In this document: positions 7,910 through 17,846 of the stretch, in pieces
Position numbering within the stretch: the stretch's first letter is position 1
Layout of the letters: each line of letters opens with the position of its first letter
The notes under the pieces: generated by a model
Told to the model about the DNA's origin: nothing
The model's input: only the letters and a program-made list of their open reading frames with translations
The model's database searches: none
Made by a program: the position numbers and the translations under genes
NCBI GenBank assembly: GCA_017999675.1
Contig: JAGNLL010000003.1
Location: forward strand, 74,071 to 138,070
Source of the DNA: Rickettsiales bacterium
GTDB lineage: Bacteria > Pseudomonadota > Alphaproteobacteria > Rickettsiales > UBA1997
DNA: 64,000 nucleotides
Direction of reading: 5' to 3'

Positions 7910-10225
7910 CTAACCGAAAAACCCGCGACGTTTTTTTGGAGCAGCGTCTCTGTCACCACGATCATCGCGGTCACGAGGAGGACGACGATCATCGCCACGA
8001 CGGTCATCACGATCACGAGGACGTCTGTCATCGCGATCACGACTTCCACCACCACGACGGTCGTCACGACCACCGCCAGATTCTCTTTCGTCAATCATTT
8101 GCGGTTTGTTTGGCAAGCGATCAGAAATGTCTTCGCCAGTTGCTTGATCAACGCAACGGTAGCTTAATTTTGGACGACCTTTTTTGTCGAAACCAATTAC
8201 TTTAACTTTAACGATGTCGCCTTCGTTGATTACGTCTTCAACAAAATCAACGCGATATTCAGCAAGTTCAGAAATGTGAATGAAACCATCGCGATTGTTA
8301 GAAATGCTAACGAAAGCGCCGGCATCAATAACTTTCACAACTGGACCTTCGTAAATGTCGCCGATTTCTGGTTCAAAAGTGATTTCGTGAATCATAGTAA
8401 CAGCTTTCTTGATTGAATCAGCGCTGTTAGAAGAAATTTTGATGGTACCGCTATCGTCAACATCAACAACCGCGCCAGATACTGCACAAATTTCTTTGAT
8501 TACAGCGCCGCGAGAGCCAATTACTTCACGAATTTTTTTCGGGTTAATAGTCAAAACTTCAACTTTAGGAACATTGTCATTTAGCTCAGTTCTAGCTTGC
8601 GGAACAGCTTCAACCATTTTGTCTAAAATGTGAAGTCTGCCAGCATTAGCTTGGTTAAGAGCTGCTGTCATGATGTCGGCAGTGATACCGTTGATTTTGA
8701 TATCCATCTGTAACGAGGTGATACCTTCTCTGGTTCCTGCAACTTTGAAATCCATGTCACCAAGGTGATCTTCGTCACCCAAGATGTCAGAAAGAATAAC
8801 GTAGTTAGCGCCTTCTTTAATCAATCCCATCGCGATTCCAGAAACTGGAGATTTGATTGGAACACCAGCATCCATCAAAGCGAGTGAGGTGCCGCAAACT
8901 GTTGCCATTGAAGACGAACCGTTTGATTCAGTGATTTCAGAAACCACGCGAGTTGCGTAAGAGAAGCTTTCAACCGATGGGAATACTGGGTTAATCGCAC
9001 GCCAAGCCAATTTGCCGTGGCCAATTTCGCGACGTCCAGGTGGTTTCAACTGACCAGTTTCACCAACCGAGTAAGGAGGGAAATTGTAGTGCAGCATGAA
9101 ATTTTCTTTCGACATGCCTGGGTCTAAGTTTTCGATCATTTGCTCGTCTCTGCTTGAGCCAAGAGTTGCAACAACCAAAGCTTGAGTTTCGCCACGAGTG
9201 AAAAGTGCAGAGCCGTGAACTTGTGGCAATAAGCCAGTTTCGATTGCAATTTGTCTAACTTGATCAGTTTTACGTCCATCAATTCTAATACCGTTTTTCA
9301 AAACGTCGTTGCGCACGATTTCTTGAGAAAGGATTTTGAAAAGCGATTTAACTTTGTTGCCAGTGACGCCGGCTTCTTCGTTAACAAACTTAGCTTTAAC
9401 ATCAGTGTTGATTTGATCTAAATCAGCAACACGAGCTTGTTTGTCTTGTTTTTTGTAGGCGTTGATTAAGCGATCAGCGATGAAATCGTTGATTTCATTT
9501 TTAAGAGCTGAGTGATCTTCTTGCTTAACTTCGATTTTCTTTTTACCAGCTTCTGCTTTTAGCTCTTCAATCATTTTAATGACTGGTTGGAAAGCTTTGT
9601 GACCGAAGTCTAAAGCTGCCAACATTTCAGTTTCGGTAAGTTCTTTTGCTTCAGATTCGATCATCAAAACTGAGCTTTCGGTTCCCGCAACTACAAGATC
9701 CAAACGGCTTTGTTTAAGTTCTTCAGCATTTGGGTTTAGAACAAATTCACCGTTAATGTAACCAACACGAGCGCCGCCAACTGGCTCAGTTAAAGGAGCT
9801 TCAGAAATTGCCAAAGCAGCAGAAGCGGCAATCAAGGCCACAACGTCTGGAGTGCAAGTTGGATCGTAAGAAAGAACGGTACAAATCACGTTAACTTCGT
9901 TGTAGAAGTTAGCTGGGAAAAGTGGTCTGATCGGGCGATCGATCAAACGAGAAGTTAGAGTAGCAGCGTCTGACGGCTTAGCTTCACGCTTAAAAAATCC
10001 ACCTGGGATTTTTCCAGCAGCGTAGAATTTTTCTAGGTAGTGAACAGTTAGTGGGAAGAAATCTGCATTTTCAGCAGCTTTGCTTGCAACGGTTACTGCA
10101 CAAAGAATTGTAGTATTGCCGTATTTTGCGAGGATAGATCCGCTAGCTTGGCGAGCGATTTTACCGGTTTCAAGAGATAAGGTTTTGCCGTTCCAGACAA
10201 TTTCTTTTTTTACAACATTAAACAT
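7910..10225 (-). CDS. pnp: polyribonucleotide nucleotidyltransferase (PNPase) with an Arg/Asp-rich C-terminal extension
   Basis: Two RNase PH domains, a KH domain and an S1 domain are recognisable along the full length. The 771-aa protein ends with ~60 aa of RD/RG repeats. Confidence 0.95.
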   Translation of the reverse strand: MFNVVKKEIVWNGKTLSLETGKIARQASGSILAKYGNTTILCAVTVASKAAENADFFPLTVHYLEKFYAAGKIPGGFFKREAKPSDAATLTSRLIDRPIRPLFPANFYNEVNVICTVLSYDPTCTPDVVALIAASAALAISEAPLTEPVGGARVGYINGEFVLNPNAEELKQSRLDLVVAGTESSVLMIESEAKELTETEMLAALDFGHKAFQPVIKMIEELKAEAGKKKIEVKQEDHSALKNEINDFIADRLINAYKKQDKQARVADLDQINTDVKAKFVNEEAGVTGNKVKSLFKILSQEIVRNDVLKNGIRIDGRKTDQVRQIAIETGLLPQVHGSALFTRGETQALVVATLGSSRDEQMIENLDPGMSKENFMLHYNFPPYSVGETGQLKPPGRREIGHGKLAWRAINPVFPSVESFSYATRVVSEITESNGSSSMATVCGTSLALMDAGVPIKSPVSGIAMGLIKEGANYVILSDILGDEDHLGDMDFKVAGTREGITSLQMDIKINGITADIMTAALNQANAGRLHILDKMVEAVPQARTELNDNVPKVEVLTINPKKIREVIGSRGAVIKEICAVSGAVVDVDDSGTIKISSNSADSIKKAVTMIHEITFEPEIGDIYEGPVVKVIDAGAFVSISNNRDGFIHISELAEYRVDFVEDVINEGDIVKVKVIGFDKKGRPKLSYRCVDQATGEDISDRLPNKPQMIDERESGGGRDDRRGGGSRDRDDRRPRDRDDRRGDDRRPPRDRDDRGDRDAAPKKRRGFFG

Positions 10226-10270
10226 ATTTTCAGCTTTTTATTAGGGGGATTAGCGACGAAAAAATCGTGC

Positions 10271-10540
10271 TTATTTTCTTAATTCTAATTTTTTGATTAG
10301 AGCTTCGTAGCGTGCAGAAGATTCAGATTTTAGGTAGTTAAGCAATCTTCTTCTTTTACCAACCAAGATCAAAAGGCCTCTTTTTGAAGAGAAATCTTTT
10401 CTGTGGATTTTCAAGTGCTCAGTAAGGCTCAAAATCTGTTGGGTAATGATTGCGCACTGAACTTCGGTAGAACCGGTATCGTTTTTGTTTTGAGCAAAAT
10501 CAGCAACAACTTGTTTCTTTGTTTTGGTAGTAAGAGACAT
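10271..10540 (-). CDS. rpsO: 30S ribosomal protein S15
   Basis: 89 aa with typical S15 sequence (HLKIHRKDFSSKRGLL). It sits upstream of pnp, as in most bacteria. Confidence 0.95.
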   Translation of the reverse strand: MSLTTKTKKQVVADFAQNKNDTGSTEVQCAIITQQILSLTEHLKIHRKDFSSKRGLLILVGKRRRLLNYLKSESSARYEALIKKLELRK

Positions 10541-10639
10541 TTTTTTAAAATGATTAAAATTAAACCTAAGCCTTAGAAAACAGCTTAAGCGAGACTTCAG
10601 GGAAAATTGATTCGGGCCAGATTAGTGTAAAAGAGAACT

Positions 10640-11371
10640 TTAGTTTAGATCATCCAACTTGACATCCTGCACCAATAGCAGCGAGCCATCCGAAAAACGG
10701 CCGCCATAAGTATTGAAGCGTTTTAAGGCGTCAAGTGAAATTCTTTTTTCGTAAAGAAATTTGCCAACCCGCAAGCGCGTAAGCTTTGAAACGTAGCCAT
10801 AAACTCCAATTTTCTTACTGATATCGCGCGCGAGAGAGCGAATGTAAGTGCCCTTAGAACACTCAACTTCAAGCTCGGCGAACTCTGAGCAATTTGAAAG
10901 GAATTTTAGTGAAAAAATTTCAACATCACGTGGAGGCATTTCAAAAACAACATCTTTGCGGGCTAAGTCGTAAGCACGCTGACCGTTAATTTTAATTGCC
11001 GAAAATCGTGACGGCGTTTGTTTTATTTTGCCGATAAAAAATGGTAGGGCAGAAATTATTTGGGCATTAGTTGGTCGCGCCAAACTGGTTTCGATCACTT
11101 TGCCTTCAACATCGTCAGTGTCGCGAAACTCACCCCAAGTGATGCGAAATAAATATTTTTTACGCGTATTCATCAAAGCTTCACTGGTCTTGGTCGCTTT
11201 GTTTAAGGCAATTGGCAGAATTCCAGAAGCAAATGGATCAAGCGTACCGCCGTGACCAACTTTTTTGGCACCTGTAATACGCTTCACAATTGCAACTGCT
11301 CGCGCCGAAGAAATGCCAAGCGGCTTATCAATATTAAGCCAAAGATCGGCAAATTTTAAGTTGGGTTGCAT
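10640..11371 (-). CDS. truB: tRNA pseudouridine-55 synthase
   Basis: GHGGTLDPFASG catalytic Asp motif; truB-rpsO-pnp order. Confidence 0.9.
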   Translation of the reverse strand: MQPNLKFADLWLNIDKPLGISSARAVAIVKRITGAKKVGHGGTLDPFASGILPIALNKATKTSEALMNTRKKYLFRITWGEFRDTDDVEGKVIETSLARPTNAQIISALPFFIGKIKQTPSRFSAIKINGQRAYDLARKDVVFEMPPRDVEIFSLKFLSNCSEFAELEVECSKGTYIRSLARDISKKIGVYGYVSKLTRLRVGKFLYEKRISLDALKRFNTYGGRFSDGSLLLVQDVKLDDLN

Positions 11372-11403
11372 GAAAAATCTCGAAGGAGAGGAAGAAGCGC
11401 CAA

Positions 11404-12288
11404 CTAAGCAACGTTGGCGCCAGAGATAATGTCGATTAGCTCTTTAGTAATATTTGATTGTCTGGTGCGGTTGTAAACCAAGGTTAGACCCTTGATCATT
11501 TTGCCGGCATTGTTGCTTGCAGCTTCCATTGCGGCCATTCTAGCACCTTGCTCTGAGGCGCTGTTTTCTAGAAGTTCGTTGTAAATTTGCATTGCCAAAT
11601 TTTTCGGCAAAAGTTCGCTCAAAACCGCTTCTTCACTTGGCTCGTAATGCAAAGGCGATTCAGAATTTACTTCACCTTTTACAACGATTTGCGCCGGAAT
11701 TAATTGCTTCAAAATTTGCTCTTGAGCAATTGCAGATTTGAATTTGCTGTAAATCACTTCGCAAACATCGAACTGGTTTTGAGCGAATAATTCGGTGAAT
11801 TTTTCTGCCAATTCTTGCGCAGATTTGTAATCGACGATTCCTCTAAAAATTCCAAAAGAATGATCGATAATTTTATCGCCATAGGCTGACCTAAGCTGCT
11901 CATAGGCTTTTCTACCAACGCAGTAAATTTTCACTTCACGACCTTGCGCAATCAAATGATTAATGTGCATTTTGGTCATTTTTACCGTAGCACTGTTTAA
12001 TCCGCCGCAAAGACCACGATCAGAAGAGAACACCACCAGCAAGTGCGTGTGACTTTTTCCTTTGCCGGTCAAAAGTGGAAATTTTTCGTTTAAATTTCCA
12101 CGCACAGCCACGTTTGAAGCTAGGCTTTCAATCATTTCTTGAATTTTTTCCGCGTAAGGACGCGAAGCTTCAACCAATTGTTTAGCTTTTTTCAAACGCG
12201 ACGCCGCCACCATTTTCATGGCTTTGGTCATTTTTTGCGTCGATTTAACCGATTTAATTCTGGTTTTGAGAGTCTTTAAATTCGCCAT
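11404..12288 (-). CDS. atpG: ATP synthase F1 gamma subunit
   Basis: Typical N-terminus (LKTLKTRIKSVKSTQKMTKAMKMVAASRL) and C-terminus (ITKELIDIISGA). Confidence 0.95.
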   Translation of the reverse strand: MANLKTLKTRIKSVKSTQKMTKAMKMVAASRLKKAKQLVEASRPYAEKIQEMIESLASNVAVRGNLNEKFPLLTGKGKSHTHLLVVFSSDRGLCGGLNSATVKMTKMHINHLIAQGREVKIYCVGRKAYEQLRSAYGDKIIDHSFGIFRGIVDYKSAQELAEKFTELFAQNQFDVCEVIYSKFKSAIAQEQILKQLIPAQIVVKGEVNSESPLHYEPSEEAVLSELLPKNLAMQIYNELLENSASEQGARMAAMEAASNNAGKMIKGLTLVYNRTRQSNITKELIDIISGANVA

Positions 12289-12296
12289 GAAAAATT

Positions 12297-13892
12297 TTAG
12301 CTTTTGTCGTGATGCAATTTATCAGAAAGACCTGCGTGATCCAAATTTGTAGAAGGCGCATGGTTTAAGAAGATTTGCAAAAACTCTTCAATTGCAGCTT
12401 TTAATGCCGCTTCATTGCCGTCAGAAATTTTTTGTTCTTGTTTGATTGAAGCCAAAATTTCTGGGTGAGAATTGTGCAATTTGCGTAAAAATTCTTTTTC
12501 AAATTTTACAACTTCTTTCGCTGGAACTTTGTCTAAGTAGCCTTTAACACCAACGTAAATTGATGCAACTTGCTCTTCAAAGCCCATTGGAGAATATTGA
12601 TTTTGCTTCAACAATTCAGTCAATTTGCGACCACGATCAAGCAACTTTTGTGTTGCGGCATCTAAGTCTGAACCAAATTGCGCGAAAGCTTCAAGCTCAC
12701 GGAACTGCGCCAAGTCTAACTTGATGGTTCCGGCAACTTGCTTCATTGCTTTAGTTTGAGCAGCAGAACCTACACGAGATACCGACAAACCAACGTTTAC
12801 CGCTGGTTTAATACCTTTGTAGAAAAGCTCAGTTTCTAAGAAAATTTGTCCGTCGGTAATCGAAATTACGTTAGTTGGAATGTAAGCAGAAACGTCGCCA
12901 GCTTGAGTTTCAATGATTGGAAGCGCAGTCAAAGACCCACCGCCCATTGCGTCTGACATTTTAGCGGCGCGCTCAAGCAAGCGCGAGTGAACGTAGAAAA
13001 CGTCTCCAGGGTAAGCTTCGCGTCCTGGTGGGCGGCGAAGTAGAAGTGACATCTCACGGTAAGAAACCGCGTGTTTACTTAAATCATCATAAGCCACCAA
13101 AGCGTGCATGCCGTTGTCGCGGAAATATTCGCCAATTGTGCAACCAGTGTAAGGTGCAAAAAATTGTAGAGCCGCCGCTTCTGAAGCAGTTGCAGAAACC
13201 ACAACTGAATATTTCATTGCACCAGCATCTTCCAAAGTTTTAACAATTTGCGCTACAGTTGAGCGCTTTTGGCCAATTGCTACGTAGATACAGTAAAGTT
13301 TTTTCTTCTCGTCACCTTCTTCGTGAGCTTTGGCTTGGTTGATGAAGGTATCCAAAACAATTGCGGTTTTACCAGTTTGGCGGTCGCCAATAATCAATTC
13401 GCGCTGTCCGCGTCCAATTGGAATCAAGCTGTCGATTGCTTTAATACCAGTTTGCATTGGCTCAGTCACCGATTGACGCTCGATAATTCCCGGAGCTTTA
13501 ATTTCTACGCGGCGCATTTCAACATTTTGCAAAGCACCTTTGCCGTCAATTGGGTTTCCTAAAGCGTCAACAACACGGCCCAACAAACCTTTGCCAACTG
13601 GAACTTCAACAATTTTACCAGTTCTTTTTACGTTTGAGCCTTCTTTAACAGTTTGTGCGTCACCAAAAATTACAATCCCAACATTGTCGCTTTCAAGGTT
13701 GAGCGCCATGCCTTTAACGCCAGATTCAAACTCAACAAGTTCACCCGCTTGAACATTATCCAAACCGTAAACTTTAGCGATTCCGTCGCCAACTTTAATT
13801 ACTTCGCCGATCTCTTTAAGATCTGCAGAGCTTCTGAAGTTTTCGATGCTTTTTTGTAGAATATTTGAAAATTCTTCGACTTTAAATTCCAT
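12297..13892 (-). CDS. atpA: ATP synthase F1 alpha subunit
   Basis: P-loop GDRQTGKT and full-length alpha-subunit similarity. There are ~20 extra C-terminal residues. Confidence 0.95.
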   Translation of the reverse strand: MEFKVEEFSNILQKSIENFRSSADLKEIGEVIKVGDGIAKVYGLDNVQAGELVEFESGVKGMALNLESDNVGIVIFGDAQTVKEGSNVKRTGKIVEVPVGKGLLGRVVDALGNPIDGKGALQNVEMRRVEIKAPGIIERQSVTEPMQTGIKAIDSLIPIGRGQRELIIGDRQTGKTAIVLDTFINQAKAHEEGDEKKKLYCIYVAIGQKRSTVAQIVKTLEDAGAMKYSVVVSATASEAAALQFFAPYTGCTIGEYFRDNGMHALVAYDDLSKHAVSYREMSLLLRRPPGREAYPGDVFYVHSRLLERAAKMSDAMGGGSLTALPIIETQAGDVSAYIPTNVISITDGQIFLETELFYKGIKPAVNVGLSVSRVGSAAQTKAMKQVAGTIKLDLAQFRELEAFAQFGSDLDAATQKLLDRGRKLTELLKQNQYSPMGFEEQVASIYVGVKGYLDKVPAKEVVKFEKEFLRKLHNSHPEILASIKQEQKISDGNEAALKAAIEEFLQIFLNHAPSTNLDHAGLSDKLHHDKS

Positions 13893-13926
13893 GACCTGAA
13901 GGGATTATTTATTATTAAAATGAAAA

Positions 13927-14475
13927 TTAATTAGCGGCCGCGAGGCACTCTTTGCCTATTGCTGCAAGCTTATTTTGTAAACTAGCGTCAATAATTTCTG
14001 AACCGATTTTAACTTGAAAACCACCTAAAATCGACTCTTTAACCAGCTCTCTAACCGAAACCGTTTTGGTTGGATATTTTTTTGCAACCAAGGCCTTAAT
14101 TTTTTCGAGCTGCGCCTTGTCTGCTTTAACGGCAGTGATTACCTCAACTTCTAAAATATTTTTTTGCACTTTTACAATGCGCGAAAATTCTTCGTAAATT
14201 TCTGGAAATAAATTGAGTCTTCTGTTGCGCACGATCGAAGCGAAGAAGTTTGAAGTTAAAGGGCCAAGGCCAAACTTTTCCGTCACTTCTTGAATAATTT
14301 TTACCAAGTCATCTTTAGCAATTACTGGGTTTTTTAACTCGTGCGCAAAGCTGGTGCTAAAATTTTGTTTAAACACCTCTAACTCTGCAGAAACCTTGTC
14401 GATAATATTGCTTTTTTTGGCCGCAACAAACAAAGCCTTAGCGTAATTTTTCGCAATGACAGAAACTCTTGGCAT
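13927..14475 (-). CDS. atpH: ATP synthase F1 delta (OSCP) subunit
   Basis: NYAKALF N-terminus; 182 aa; position upstream of atpA. Confidence 0.88.
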   Translation of the reverse strand: MPRVSVIAKNYAKALFVAAKKSNIIDKVSAELEVFKQNFSTSFAHELKNPVIAKDDLVKIIQEVTEKFGLGPLTSNFFASIVRNRRLNLFPEIYEEFSRIVKVQKNILEVEVITAVKADKAQLEKIKALVAKKYPTKTVSVRELVKESILGGFQVKIGSEIIDASLQNKLAAIGKECLAAAN

Positions 14476-14583
14476 TTGGATTTTTTTTAAAGATTGAGTC
14501 TGAATTTGATCTTAGAAGAAAGGCATCTCAGCTTAGAGGCGCGGCAAGGTATGTGGGCAAAAATAAAATGCAACTTGCGAATG

Positions 14584-15618
14584 TTAAAGATTCACCAAAT
14601 CGGCATTTTCAAAATGCTCGCGCAACCGATTTGGATCAACCGATTTTGCGTCAAGTTTTGCACTGGCAATGTGAAACAAAGCGTCGCCCTTATTTACCAA
14701 AGGCAGCAACGTCATTCCAACAATCACGCCATTTTCGTGAGCTTTGACCAAAGTTTTGTGATCACCAAATGGGTTAGAAATTTCGCCAATCACGTCGCCT
14801 TTTTTAACCATTTTTCCCAACTTTTGGCGCGGCATGTGAATGCCGCTTTTTGGCGCTCTAAGCCACGAACTTGAGCGCGCCACAAAAACTTCTTTCTTGG
14901 TTTTTTTTGGCTGCAGCAACTTAATCATGCCGATCTCGTGCATTACATTTAAAATGCCATTCACACCAACTTTAATGCCCTCTTCGTCAAAGCGCAGGGC
15001 CTCACCAGCTTCAAATAAAATCATTGGAATTTTCGCCCGCGCCACCGCTTCGCGCAGCGAGCCGTCACGAAAATTTGAACCAATCACAACCGGCGCACCA
15101 AAGGCTTTTGCAAGCTCAAGGGTAAAAGGATCAGAAATATCAGCGCGAATTTGTGGGTAGTTGGTGCGGTGAAAAGCGCCCGTGTGCAAATCAATGCCAA
15201 AGTCCGATTTCAGTGCAATTTCCTGCATAAATTTGTAGGCAAGTTGCGAGGCGAGTGAACCGTTTTTAATTCCCGGAAAGCAACGATTCAAATCGCGACG
15301 ATCTGGCAAATAGCGCGTTCGGTCGTTAAAGCCAAAAATATTTACAATCGGAATTACAATTAACGTGCCGCAAATATTTTTTAACGCTTTTGACGCCAAC
15401 AAGCGCCTCACAATTTCAATGCCGTTAATTTCGTCGCCGTGAATTGCTGACGAAATAAAAAATGTCGGCCCGTCTTTCTTGCCCCGAATTACTTCCACCG
15501 GCATTTTCACGTCGGTAAAATCGTAAATGCTGCCCATGTCAATGTTAATGCGCAGCGTTTGGCCGCGCTTAATTTCAACGCCGTCGATTGTAAATTTTGG
15601 GTCAGCTTTTTTGATCAT
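14584..15618 (-). CDS. succinylglutamate desuccinylase/aspartoacylase (AstE/AspA, M14-like zinc hydrolase) family protein
   Basis: Zinc-ligand context SAIHGDEINGIE, then DLNRCFPG and DLHTG motifs; 344 aa. Confidence 0.7.
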   Translation of the reverse strand: MIKKADPKFTIDGVEIKRGQTLRINIDMGSIYDFTDVKMPVEVIRGKKDGPTFFISSAIHGDEINGIEIVRRLLASKALKNICGTLIVIPIVNIFGFNDRTRYLPDRRDLNRCFPGIKNGSLASQLAYKFMQEIALKSDFGIDLHTGAFHRTNYPQIRADISDPFTLELAKAFGAPVVIGSNFRDGSLREAVARAKIPMILFEAGEALRFDEEGIKVGVNGILNVMHEIGMIKLLQPKKTKKEVFVARSSSWLRAPKSGIHMPRQKLGKMVKKGDVIGEISNPFGDHKTLVKAHENGVIVGMTLLPLVNKGDALFHIASAKLDAKSVDPNRLREHFENADLVNL

Positions 15619-16589
15619 TTTTTCTTATTTAAAAATGCGTAAGACAAAATTTTGTAGCACAATTTTGCCGAAAGAAAATCGCAAGAATGCAGCGCTTTTA
15701 CGGGAGCCAATTCCACCACATCCGCACCAACAATATTGGCAATTTTGCTCGCTTCACGAATAATGTCGAGCGCGTCTTCCCACATTACACCACCCGGTTC
15801 TGGCGTGCCAGTTGCTTGCATTAAACTCGAATCAAAACCATCCAAATCAAAAGTTAAAAACACTGGGCGGCCTTTAAGCGGCGCCACAATTTTTTTGGCG
15901 TCCCAGCTTCTGCGATCCTTACCAAAATGCATGTGAATGCGGTGACGATTGGCTTCTAAAAACGGAATTTCGCTGGCCGAAATATTGCGAATGCCACAAG
16001 AAATTAACGTTGAAATCGGATGATCCATCACGCGACGAAGCGCCGCGGCGTGCGAATAATGTTCCCCTCCAAAACCGTCACGCAAATCGGCGTGCGCGTC
16101 AAAATGCAAAATTGCTAGGTCGGGATATTTTTTCACAAAAGGGCGAATCGAGCCCGCGGTGATTGAATGCTCACCACCAAGAATTAACGGAAATTTTCCC
16201 GCATCCAAAATTGTTTCAGTAATTTTTTCGAGCTGATTCAAAGATTTTGGAACTGAGCTGTAGTCAATTTTTGGCGCCGCCATTGTTGCCACGCCGTATT
16301 GCCTAAAAGGCTCGCACCAAAATTCTTCGTCAAAAAGCTCAACTTGTTGCGACGCGTTAATGATTGCTTTCGGTCCGTTTTTTGTACCACCACCGTAGCT
16401 CACTGATTTTTCCAAACCAAATGGCACAACCACAACTTTCGCGTCTTCCGGCGATTTTAAATATTTGTCTTCAACCCCCAAAAATCCGTTTTTTTGCGCC
16501 ACTAATTTTAGGCTAGAAAACACCGATTTTGCTGAAGATTTTTTTGCCGTTGAAATTTTTTTCACCGCCACAGTTTTTGTTTTTTTCAT
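15615..16589 (-). CDS. ureohydrolase family protein (agmatinase-like)
   Basis: Mn-binding motifs GGEHS, HFDAHADLR and TFDLDGFD. The stop overlaps the downstream start by 4 nt (ATGA). The N-terminal ~35 aa are K-rich. Confidence 0.8.
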   Translation of the reverse strand: MKKTKTVAVKKISTAKKSSAKSVFSSLKLVAQKNGFLGVEDKYLKSPEDAKVVVVPFGLEKSVSYGGGTKNGPKAIINASQQVELFDEEFWCEPFRQYGVATMAAPKIDYSSVPKSLNQLEKITETILDAGKFPLILGGEHSITAGSIRPFVKKYPDLAILHFDAHADLRDGFGGEHYSHAAALRRVMDHPISTLISCGIRNISASEIPFLEANRHRIHMHFGKDRRSWDAKKIVAPLKGRPVFLTFDLDGFDSSLMQATGTPEPGGVMWEDALDIIREASKIANIVGADVVELAPVKALHSCDFLSAKLCYKILSYAFLNKKK

Positions 16590-16605
16590 TTTAATTTTTT
16601 ACTTG

Positions 16606-16713
16606 AATAGGTCCCCGAGCAAAGGACGAAGTCCGTCGAAAGAGGGGCCCGAAGCGAGTACTTTCTTCGGGCCCCTCTTTCGACGGACTTCGTCCTTTGC
16701 TCGGGGACCTATT
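16606..16713. repeat. palindromic element family A, copy 1 (108 bp)
   Basis: Near-perfect inverted repeat TAGGTCCCCGAGCAAAG...GAGGGGCCCGAAG-loop-CTTCGGGCCCCTC...CTTTGCTCGGGGACCTA, lying between purK and the ureohydrolase gene. Confidence 0.95.
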
Positions 16714-16717
16714 TGAT

Positions 16718-17770
16718 TTAAGATTCCAAAATATTCACGTGCCCCATTTTTCTTCCTGCAGCAATTTTTTCTTTGCCGTAAAGATGAACCTTGGCGCGTT
16801 TATTTTGGTAAAATTCTGTCAAATTTTCTACTTCGCTGCCAATTAAATTTTTCATTTTACCTTGCGAGTGAAACTCGGTTGAGCCAAGTGGCAAGCCAGT
16901 AATCGCGCGGATCATTTGCTCAAATTGTGAGGTCACAGCCGCATCCATTGAAAAATGTCCCGAGTTGTGCGGCCTTGGAGCTAGCTCGTTTACCAGCAAT
17001 TCGTCGCCGATTACAAAAAATTCCACGGCTAAAACTCCAACTAAATCTAGCTTCTCAACAATTTTTTTTGCCACGTCTTGCGCCTTGATTTTTAAGGCCT
17101 GCGACACCTTGGCCGGAAAAATACTTTCGTCCAAAATACCATTTTTGTGAATGTTGGTCAGTGGCTCAAAAGCAGCCAACTCGCCATTTTGCGAGCGCGC
17201 CACCAACACTGAAATTTCAGAATCAAAGGGACAAAATTTTTCTAAAATTAATTGCTGCGCACTGGCTTGCGCCCAAGATTTTTCAGCGTCCGCAGCATTT
17301 TTTAAAACGAACTGCCCCTTACCGTCGTAACCCATTGTGGCAGTTTTTAAAACTGCTTTGCCAAAGTTTTGTAAGTTTTGTTGCAGGCCTTCAAGGCTTG
17401 TAATTTCTGCGTAGTCGGTGGTTTTCACACCAATTGAATTGAGGAAATTTTTTTCCAAAAGCCGGTGCTGGGTAATTCGTAAAACTTGTGGATTTGGAAA
17501 CATTGCAACCTGCGCAGCCAAGAAATCAGCGGCTTCAAAAGGAATATTTTCAAATTCAAAAGTGACCACATCCACCAAGCTGGCAAATTTTTTCAGCGCT
17601 TCTTGGTCACTGTAATTGGCAACAATGGTGTCGCGCGTGGCAAAACTTGCGGGAGAATTTTCTTGGTCGGTAAACACAACTGTGCGAAAGCCCATTGCGT
17701 GCGCCGCAAAGCAGATCATTCGGCCTAATTGCCCGCCGCCGATTATTCCAATTGTTGAGATTTTTTTCAC
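16718..17770 (-). CDS. purK: 5-(carboxyamino)imidazole ribonucleotide synthase
   Basis: ATP-grasp family. N-terminus [13 protein letters not shown]-terminus RKMGHVN. Confidence 0.9.
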   Translation of the reverse strand: MKKISTIGIIGGGQLGRMICFAAHAMGFRTVVFTDQENSPASFATRDTIVANYSDQEALKKFASLVDVVTFEFENIPFEAADFLAAQVAMFPNPQVLRITQHRLLEKNFLNSIGVKTTDYAEITSLEGLQQNLQNFGKAVLKTATMGYDGKGQFVLKNAADAEKSWAQASAQQLILEKFCPFDSEISVLVARSQNGELAAFEPLTNIHKNGILDESIFPAKVSQALKIKAQDVAKKIVEKLDLVGVLAVEFFVIGDELLVNELAPRPHNSGHFSMDAAVTSQFEQMIRAITGLPLGSTEFHSQGKMKNLIGSEVENLTEFYQNKRAKVHLYGKEKIAAGRKMGHVNILES

Positions 17771-17846
17771 GAATGTCGCGCCACTGTTTGATTTAAAAAA
17801 TGAAGCGCGGCAAAGTATTTTTTCGCACCAATTTATTCAAGAAATA

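Noticed and set aside
7897-8205. A 102-aa plus-strand ORF rich in His/Asp (HHDHRGHEEDDDHRHDGHHDHED...), which looks like a metal-binding protein.
   Set aside because: It is the antisense reading of the RD/RG codon repeat in the PNPase C-terminal tail. It lies entirely within pnp and has no RBS. It is a compositional mirror artefact.
16465-16716. ORFs reading through the family A, C and D palindromes (16465-16716, 49144-49338, 49182-49376, 58002-58232, 60886-61185, 61088-61351). They encode peptides such as GPRAKRS..RGARR or SLRAQRGNP.
   Set aside because: Open frames occur on both strands because the repeats are GC-rich palindromes. There are no RBSs, and the frames start or stop at the repeat borders.
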